Shown here piece by piece: positions 10,782 to 17,083 of a stretch of 64,000 nt of DNA. Made by a program: the position numbers and the translations under genes. This stretch comes from Bacilli bacterium. GTDB lineage: Bacteria > Bacillota_I > Bacilli_A > RFN20 > CAG-826. The stretch lies in contig JAGCDH010000004.1 of the NCBI GenBank assembly GCA_017651165.1, forward strand, positions 5,096 through 69,095, in the 5' to 3' direction. Position 1 is the first letter of the stretch. Each line of letters begins with the position of its first letter. The notes below the pieces were generated by a model. The model searched no databases. It was not told where the DNA came from and was given only the letters and a program-made list of their open reading frames with translations.

Positions 10782-11030
10782 ATGCCAACGAAAGAAAAAT
10801 GGAAAGAAACCGGTAAGAATACTGGTAAAGCATTTAGTAATTTAGGTAAATCACTTGGTAAAACCATGAAAGTGGCTTTTACTGATGATGAAAACGTAAT
10901 AGAAGAAAATGGTCATACCGAATTAGGTAATGCCTGGAGAGAAACTGGCAAAGCCTTTGGCGAGGCTGGTAAATCTTTTGGCAAAGCCATGGAATCCACA
11001 TTCGGCGTGGATGACGAAGAAGACAAATAA
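10782..11030 (+). CDS. Small charged protein with an internal duplication
   Basis: Two ~35-aa repeats: WKETGKNTGKAFSNLGKSLGKTMKVAF..DDEN and WRETGKAFGEAGKSFGKAMESTFGVDDEE. GAGG RBS upstream. Confidence 0.5.
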   Translation: MPTKEKWKETGKNTGKAFSNLGKSLGKTMKVAFTDDENVIEENGHTELGNAWRETGKAFGEAGKSFGKAMESTFGVDDEEDK

Positions 11031-11035
11031 TCTTT

Positions 11036-12016
11036 ATGAAATATAAACCTTCTTGCCTAGCATTAATACCTTTGCTGTTGACTAGCTGTAATGCTGGAAC
11101 ACCATCAAAGGTTTCTTTTCCTTTGAGAGATGGTGAACGTTTTGTGGTTACTAATGAACCGTTAACACAAGAAGAATACTTCTATATAGCAGAACGTGTA
11201 ATTGATAGCGTTAGTTGTTACAGCCTTGATTTTACTCTCTCTTTTTTATCTAATGCGGACGGAGAGTTCAACATCACAACAACTGGGTCGTGGAACGCTG
11301 ATAAGAGTGTTGGTGGAACATTCACAATAAAAACTGGCAAAAGCGTTTGGGTTACCGCTAGTTATAGTGAATCAACAGGACTTAAAAACACTTATAATCT
11401 TAAATATTTGACATATGATGGAAAATTAGAATATGGTCTTCTATTAGACACCTCTATGGTCTATCTCACGACTGATTATTCTTATAATCCAAATCTACCA
11501 ACTAGTTATTCTGAAGACGACTCTTCTTTTAAGACAACACCTAAAGAGCATAAAGCCATCGAACTTACATGTGATATTTTTAATAATCATGGTTTTTCTT
11601 TTCTTTCACCGTTTCCTGCTGTTGTGAATTATCAAAACGATGATGTTTATCTTGAAGATAAACCAGTCTATTCTCATGAACTAACTTCAAAACACTTAGT
11701 TCTTCACGAAAAAAGAAAAGCGCTTGTTTTACCTATAGTATCTTCCGATGAAGATGTTCGTTCTGCGTACTATAACTCCCTTTTAGGTGAAAATAGCGAC
11801 TATTATCTAAACAGTACCTATTATTATAATTACCGAAATGGAAAACTATCTAAGTTTGAATGCTCTTTCTGTGTACCGCAAGGGAACAAAACAGTGGGTA
11901 CGTGTACTGTGATATATAAGAATAGACACGGAAAAGAAAAGCAAGAAGCCAAAAGCCACGTTAAAAAGTTCCTCGGCTTTAGAGGTGTTGAAAGAGGATT
12001 AGATCCAGTAGAATAA
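11036..12016 (+). CDS. Lipoprotein, paralog A of a tandem pair
   Basis: Lipobox LLLTSC. It shares LTQEEY, SHELTSKHLVLHEKRKA and YYYNY blocks with the next gene. Confidence 0.65.
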   Translation: MKYKPSCLALIPLLLTSCNAGTPSKVSFPLRDGERFVVTNEPLTQEEYFYIAERVIDSVSCYSLDFTLSFLSNADGEFNITTTGSWNADKSVGGTFTIKTGKSVWVTASYSESTGLKNTYNLKYLTYDGKLEYGLLLDTSMVYLTTDYSYNPNLPTSYSEDDSSFKTTPKEHKAIELTCDIFNNHGFSFLSPFPAVVNYQNDDVYLEDKPVYSHELTSKHLVLHEKRKALVLPIVSSDEDVRSAYYNSLLGENSDYYLNSTYYYNYRNGKLSKFECSFCVPQGNKTVGTCTVIYKNRHGKEKQEAKSHVKKFLGFRGVERGLDPVE

Positions 12017-12023
12017 AATAAAT

Positions 12024-13082
12024 ATGAAAAACAAACTGTCTATTTTATTTTTGGGATCTTTAGTACTTACTAGCTGTCAGATTGGTGGGCGTGCTGCCGC
12101 TGACATCCTTTTAGAAGATGGTAGTGAATATCGCTTCACCACAAAGAAACTATCACAAGAAGAATATTCTTCTGTTTTTAGTCGTTTAAAGAAACCAAAG
12201 ATTGATTATAAATATAAATTCACTCTCAAGAGGCTTGGTGAAGAATTCTATAACATAACCACGAAGGGAGAGTATGCCAATTATTCATTTGATAAAGCTG
12301 ATAATAGTACTAGTGTTTATTTGTTCACCGCTAGTATTGGGAACTCATTCTTGGAAGAAAGCAGTTACCAAGAAAATAGTTTTGATGGAGATCAACGTAC
12401 GTATCATTCGGAAACAACGGTCAGCTATGGAACATATAACAGATCTTTTGATTATGGCATAGCTACTGACTATGTTTACGATAGTGCTGGCAGTGTTTAT
12501 ACTCAGTATCTTAATCCTAACGTTCCTGTTACTTACCCATCTCCAATCGATACAGTCAAAGTGAAAACGCCAAGAAAGCATTTCTATTCTATGGAACGAT
12601 TCAGGCATTTAAGTACTGCTAAAGAGATTGTAAACCTCAATGGTGTCGACACATCCATTGTTGATGTATCTGTCCAAATTTCAGAAACAGATTATCATTT
12701 TACAGACGCACCAGTTTTTTCACACAAGTTGACCTCAAAGCATTTGGTAATTGAAGAAAAGAGAAGAATGCCATCTTTAATAAGATCTCCAGACAGAAAC
12801 GTAATATATGGAGTATGTAGTGAAATTGAATCACATAGTAACTACTATTTTAATACTGAGTATTATTACAATTATTACACCGGTCATTTAGACAAAGTAA
12901 AATGTAGTTTTAATACTTTGAGCACTATGCTAGAACCAGGCGCTAGAATAAGTGGCTCATATACTTTAGAACACCAAAATAGAACATTCGCGGAAGTACT
13001 GGATGAACACTATACACACTTTTTCAAATTACGTAACTTTAAAGGTGTTATTGAATATAGAGAAGAACGTTTTGCCCGCTAA
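12024..13082 (+). CDS. Lipoprotein, paralog B of a tandem pair
   Basis: Lipobox LVLTSC. It carries LSQEEY, SHKLTSKHLVIEEKRRM and YYYNY blocks collinear with paralog A. Confidence 0.65.
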   Translation: MKNKLSILFLGSLVLTSCQIGGRAAADILLEDGSEYRFTTKKLSQEEYSSVFSRLKKPKIDYKYKFTLKRLGEEFYNITTKGEYANYSFDKADNSTSVYLFTASIGNSFLEESSYQENSFDGDQRTYHSETTVSYGTYNRSFDYGIATDYVYDSAGSVYTQYLNPNVPVTYPSPIDTVKVKTPRKHFYSMERFRHLSTAKEIVNLNGVDTSIVDVSVQISETDYHFTDAPVFSHKLTSKHLVIEEKRRMPSLIRSPDRNVIYGVCSEIESHSNYYFNTEYYYNYYTGHLDKVKCSFNTLSTMLEPGARISGSYTLEHQNRTFAEVLDEHYTHFFKLRNFKGVIEYREERFAR

Positions 13083-13095
13083 ATAGCGGGTTTTT
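13075..13095 (+). terminator. Putative rho-independent terminator
   Basis: Stem cccgc/gcggg with loop taaata, which contains the stop codon, followed by T5. Confidence 0.4.
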
Positions 13096-13136
13096 AATGT
13101 GCTCATTAATATATTTATAGTTAGTTAGAGATGTTA

Positions 13137-13155
13137 GTATTCTCATAGAGAATAC
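13137..13155. promoter_or_regulatory. Perfect 8-bp-arm palindrome, candidate operator
   Basis: GTATTCTC-ata-GAGAATAC lies about 80 nt upstream of the 13232 ORF, with no following T-run. Confidence 0.25.
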
Positions 13156-13231
13156 AGTATTAAATGTTATAAATATATTAATGATTATGCAAGGCTTTAT
13201 TATTACTAAAATAACGGTGTAAAATTAAGCC

Positions 13232-13444
13232 ATGAAAACATCAACGATCATTGGTCCGTTATTATTTGTAGTTGTGTATTTTTTCTGGGAAATTATGAAG
13301 TCAGCTTATTCGCTGTTTTCAGAGTTTACTTCTCTAAGAAATGGGATACTTGCAGCCGTTTTTGGTGTCCCAGATTATGTTATTATGATCGGCTTAGCAT
13401 TGATCGGCGTCATTAGATACATAGCCAAAAAACTATTTGATTAG
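13232..13444 (+). CDS. Small membrane protein (70 aa, two predicted TM helices)
   Basis: The hydrophobic segments IIGPLLFVVVYFFW and YVIMIGLALIGVI. No family recognised. Confidence 0.4.
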   Translation: MKTSTIIGPLLFVVVYFFWEIMKSAYSLFSEFTSLRNGILAAVFGVPDYVIMIGLALIGVIRYIAKKLFD

Positions 13445-13714
13445 TGGTGGTCTTTTCGCCATTAATTAAGACAACTTAATTGTTTTGTATATGACATTAT
13501 TATTATTTGAAGCATTTATATTGATATAAATAAATCACTAAGATATTATCTAGGCATAGAAATTGAGTATATGAGTCATAGTATGGTTGGCTCGTCTCTA
13601 CATAGCACCTATACTGCTATACTACTCATTAAGATAATTTAATGTGGGTATGTAGTAAGAACAAACTGTATACCCATTTCTTACAAGAGGAAAGGAATTT
13701 GTAAGGAGAGATTT

Positions 13715-16654
13715 ATGAAGAATAAATTTTTAACAAGAATGGCTGCGATTACACTTGGCCTAGCAATGGCTGTTGGTGTCAGTGTTGGCGTGGTAAATAA
13801 TAAAAGGGAAAAACCTGTTGTAGCGGCAGCCACTACGTATACCGAAATAGCAGGAACTAGTTTGGCTGCTGGCGATCAAGTTTTAATTACAGCCACGTCA
13901 ACAGCGAATCCGGCAGTAAATTATTATGTTCCTGTTTCAACCGATTATACAGGTTCCGCTATTTCAAATGGATTTACATATTCAGCCATAAACGACGTTG
14001 ATGATAGTCATTTGTGGACGGTTGAGAAGAATAATTCTAATTTTGCATTTAAATTTATTGATAATACTTCTACTTATTATTTAACTGTCAGCGGAACAGG
14101 AACTGGTAATAAAACAAGAATATCAACAACCACCACATATAAAAACTGGTCAATTATTAGTAAAGCAAACGGATATTCACTTCAAAATGCCACGACAAAC
14201 AACTATTTCGGCGTTTATCCAGCTGGAAGTGATTGGCGTGTTTATGCCTCATCTAGCCAAGCAAACTTTGGTGGCACCGGCGAAAGAATACATTTTTACA
14301 AGAAATATATTGCGGCTACTGGAGTCAGCTTAAATGAAACAGCACTAGAGCTTCCTGTTAGTGGGACGTTTACATTGATTCCAACTTTAGCGCCAAATGG
14401 TGCTAGCGCTACTATTTCTTGGTCCACAAGCGAACCCTCTGTTGCAACGGTTGTTGCTGGTCTTGTCACCGCTCAAAATGCTGGTTCCGCAACAATCACT
14501 GCGTTTATTGATGCCAATAGCAATGGTGCTTTAGATCAAGGCGAAATCAACGCGACTTGTTCTGTAACAGTTACTGCTGGGACCCCAGCTACCGCAATTG
14601 AATTAAACGAATCATCAGTTAATTTGCTTGCTGGTCAACAAACAACATTATCTGCTACCGTCACGCCAAACAACGCTACTGATGCCGTTGTGTGGTCTAC
14701 TTCAGATGAAACTACAGCCACAGTTAGCGATGGTGTTGTTACAACATTGAAAAATGGTATCGTTACTATCACCGCAACAGCCGGAAGCGTCCACGCTGAT
14801 TGTGAATTAAGTATCACTTCCGCTACTGCGGCAGAAAACTTTATCGGTGCAAAAATTGATCGTACAGGAAAACTGATTGCCAAAAGTGGTAAGAACGCTA
14901 TTATCGATGATGGCACTGGTGGATTTTGGGCTTATGCTAATTCAAACATCTCTCAATCAGCCGGGGCTATTGTAAATTTGAAAGGAACTTCTACTGTCTA
15001 TAGTGGTGGTTTGGAAGTTGCTAGCGCAACAGTTACTACGACAGAGAATTCTATTACAGTGTCAGAAGCAACTCCACTTTCTGAATCTGCAGCTAAGGAT
15101 TATTTAGATGCATATTTAGCAGAACCTTCTGATCCAGACTTCTTTATGCCTACCAAGAAGGTGTCTTTGAGAACAGGCGTTATTGGTGGAGAGGGATCAT
15201 ATTTAACTTGGGAATATGGTGAAACACTCATGGAAACCAATTACATCACTGGCGGCATGGAAACCGGTAAAATCTACGACATCGAAGGATATATCTTCAA
15301 ATTTTATACATCAAATGCTCAAACATATATCGTTATCGCTGTAACTGACGCTTCTGAAGTGGAAATACATGCAACATCTATTGAATTAGATAACGATTCT
15401 TTAACAATTGTTGAAGGCGATAATGATATTTTAACAGCCACCATGTCTCCTGCGGGATCTGTGGAAACCATTAAATGGGCTTCTTCGGATGAAGATGTTG
15501 CCACGGTTGATGGTGGTGTTGTGACAGGCGTTTCTGTTGGTTCTGCTACTGTTACTGCTTACATCGATGCGGATGGTGACGATGTTATTGACTTAGGTGA
15601 ATTAAAAGCGGAATGTGATGTCACTGTTATAACCCCTCCTACTTACATTCATACAAAGGTTGCGAGTTACAATTTCTCTTCCGATAATACTTCTTCTACT
15701 TCGGAATACACTAATGCGGCAACTCTTTTAGCTCGTTTTAATAACAACGACGACACAAGCCAAGGACTTTCTGATATTGTCACTGCTGTTTCTTCAATTT
15801 CCAAAGTTTATGCCGGCACAGCTAATTACTATGGTTTTGGTATTAAATTTGGTACTTCTTCAGCGAATGGAACATTCACATTGTCACTAAACACACAAGT
15901 CAAAAGAGTTGTTGTTAGAACAATTGGATGGAGTTCCTCAGACACTTTAAAGGTTGGAGACACTGATGCGCAGACCCCAGGTGTTGCGTATAACGATTCA
16001 GAGAACGATCCAATCAAAACATTGAAGTTTGACATTACTCAATCTAATAGTGTTACATTTACTTACGCAAAAAGAGGGTTTATTCAATCTATTGATTTTT
16101 ATTCCGGAACAGAAACAAGCGACCCACAAGATTTTGTTGATACTGCTTCTATTGTTCAAACAATTCATGGTCGCGAAAACTATTCGGCAGAAGTACTAAC
16201 TTCTGTAGACAATGTCGCAATAAGATTTGGCGCTTCTATTTCGAAATATAATTGGGAAGACATGAAATCAAAATGGGGAATTACCGATTATGGCGTTATG
16301 TTGATGAGTGAACAACACTTAACTGCCGGTAGTTATTCATCTGTTGAAGACGCACTTGATAAAGGAGCAAGTTCAACTTACCTTAAGGATATTCATAAAT
16401 GTCAAAATGGAACACCTTATGCAGATCCTTATTTTGATGGCGACAATTACTCATTCACAGTTAAAGTCAACTTCCCAGATGACGATCAATACTATGATGA
16501 TGTCATTTATGCCGCCCCATATGTTATTGCTGGAGGAGAACGTTATTTCTTCGGCGAGACAAATACATCAGTCCAAGCGCTAGCTCTCAGCTTATATAAT
16601 ACTGGCTATTCTTACTTATCAGATGCTGCTCTTGAGATGTTAGTTGGCGACTAA
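13715..16654 (+). CDS. Giant surface protein with three Big_2 (bacterial Ig-like group 2) domains
   Basis: N-terminal signal anchor. There are three Big_2-like segments (ISWSTSEPSVATVVAGLVTAQNAGSATITAF, VVWSTSDETTATVSDGVVTTLKNGIVTITAT, IKWASSDEDVATVDGGVVTGVSVGSATVTAY). RBS AAGGAGAG. No LPXTG. Confidence 0.8.
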   Translation: MKNKFLTRMAAITLGLAMAVGVSVGVVNNKREKPVVAAATTYTEIAGTSLAAGDQVLITATSTANPAVNYYVPVSTDYTGSAISNGFTYSAINDVDDSHLWTVEKNNSNFAFKFIDNTSTYYLTVSGTGTGNKTRISTTTTYKNWSIISKANGYSLQNATTNNYFGVYPAGSDWRVYASSSQANFGGTGERIHFYKKYIAATGVSLNETALELPVSGTFTLIPTLAPNGASATISWSTSEPSVATVVAGLVTAQNAGSATITAFIDANSNGALDQGEINATCSVTVTAGTPATAIELNESSVNLLAGQQTTLSATVTPNNATDAVVWSTSDETTATVSDGVVTTLKNGIVTITATAGSVHADCELSITSATAAENFIGAKIDRTGKLIAKSGKNAIIDDGTGGFWAYANSNISQSAGAIVNLKGTSTVYSGGLEVASATVTTTENSITVSEATPLSESAAKDYLDAYLAEPSDPDFFMPTKKVSLRTGVIGGEGSYLTWEYGETLMETNYITGGMETGKIYDIEGYIFKFYTSNAQTYIVIAVTDASEVEIHATSIELDNDSLTIVEGDNDILTATMSPAGSVETIKWASSDEDVATVDGGVVTGVSVGSATVTAYIDADGDDVIDLGELKAECDVTVITPPTYIHTKVASYNFSSDNTSSTSEYTNAATLLARFNNNDDTSQGLSDIVTAVSSISKVYAGTANYYGFGIKFGTSSANGTFTLSLNTQVKRVVVRTIGWSSSDTLKVGDTDAQTPGVAYNDSENDPIKTLKFDITQSNSVTFTYAKRGFIQSIDFYSGTETSDPQDFVDTASIVQTIHGRENYSAEVLTSVDNVAIRFGASISKYNWEDMKSKWGITDYGVMLMSEQHLTAGSYSSVEDALDKGASSTYLKDIHKCQNGTPYADPYFDGDNYSFTVKVNFPDDDQYYDDVIYAAPYVIAGGERYFFGETNTSVQALALSLYNTGYSYLSDAALEMLVGD

Positions 16655-16669
16655 GGAGGATAATTATTT

Positions 16670-16789
16670 ATGGAAAACGAAAAGAATTTTGTAAAACCAG
16701 AAGCCGAAGTCATTGAATTCTATGACGAAGATATCATTTTAACTAGTGGTGAAGGCGATATTGGTGACACTAGTTATCCTTGGTGGTAA
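16670..16789 (+). CDS. 39-aa peptide, candidate RiPP precursor 1 (ends in WW)
   Basis: AGGAGGA lies 9 nt upstream of the ATG. It encodes MENEKNFVKPEAEVIEFYDEDIILTSGEGDIGDTSYPWW and is absent from the ORF track. It is a paralog of the 16932 peptide. Confidence 0.55.
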   Translation: MENEKNFVKPEAEVIEFYDEDIILTSGEGDIGDTSYPWW

Positions 16790-16824
16790 TACCAACTAAA
16801 TTACTGTTTTAATCAACAATTTTA

Positions 16825-16850
16825 AAGGTGGAGCTATGCTCCATCTTTTA
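16825..16850 (+). terminator. Hairpin plus T-run after peptide 1 (terminator or attenuator)
   Basis: aaggtggagc-tat-gctccatctt forms a 10-bp stem with one G-U pair, followed by tttta. Confidence 0.45.
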
Positions 16851-16886
16851 TATACTTTTAATACTATAATGTTTATGAGTTTTATA

Positions 16887-16915
16887 TTGATATATAACCC
16901 CAAACAACATATTAT
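16887..16915 (+). promoter_or_regulatory. Putative sigma-70-type promoter for peptide 2 and downstream genes
   Basis: TTGATA, a 17-nt spacer, then TATTAT, ending 16 nt before the ATG at 16932. No clear SD lies in between. Confidence 0.25.
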
Positions 16916-16931
16916 TAGTTATACACCGCAC

Positions 16932-17072
16932 ATGAAAAATAAGAAGACAGATAAACAATTTGAAAAACCAGTTTTGGAAATCGTTGAATTTACCAATGAC
17001 GATATCATTACTGATAGTTTTGGCGATCCTGAACCAGGCTCAGGCGATGTTTTACCAAAGGGCTGGTGGTAA
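16932..17072 (+). CDS. 46-aa peptide, candidate RiPP precursor 2 (ends in WW)
   Basis: It encodes MKNKKTDKQFEKPVLEIVEFTNDDIITDSFGDPEPGSGDVLPKGWW. It shares an F-x-K-P-x-[AL]-E-[VI]-[IV]-E-F..D-I-I block and the WW-stop with peptide 1. The 78-aa TTG-started ORF call is rejected. Confidence 0.5.
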   Translation: MKNKKTDKQFEKPVLEIVEFTNDDIITDSFGDPEPGSGDVLPKGWW

Positions 17073-17083
17073 TAAACCAACTT

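Noticed and set aside
16836-17072. The 78-aa ORF from the track (MLHLLYTFNTIMFMSF...) taken as the real gene.
   Set aside because: Its first 32 codons lie over the terminator hairpin and promoter-like AT-rich DNA, and it uses a non-ATG start. The internal ATG at 16932 yields a 46-aa peptide that is clearly paralogous to the 39-aa peptide at 16670.
16670-17072. The WW peptides interpreted as lanthipeptide, sactipeptide/ranthipeptide, thiopeptide or AgrD-type precursors.
   Set aside because: Neither peptide contains a Cys. No LanB/C/M, radical SAM, YcaO or AgrB gene is present in the window.
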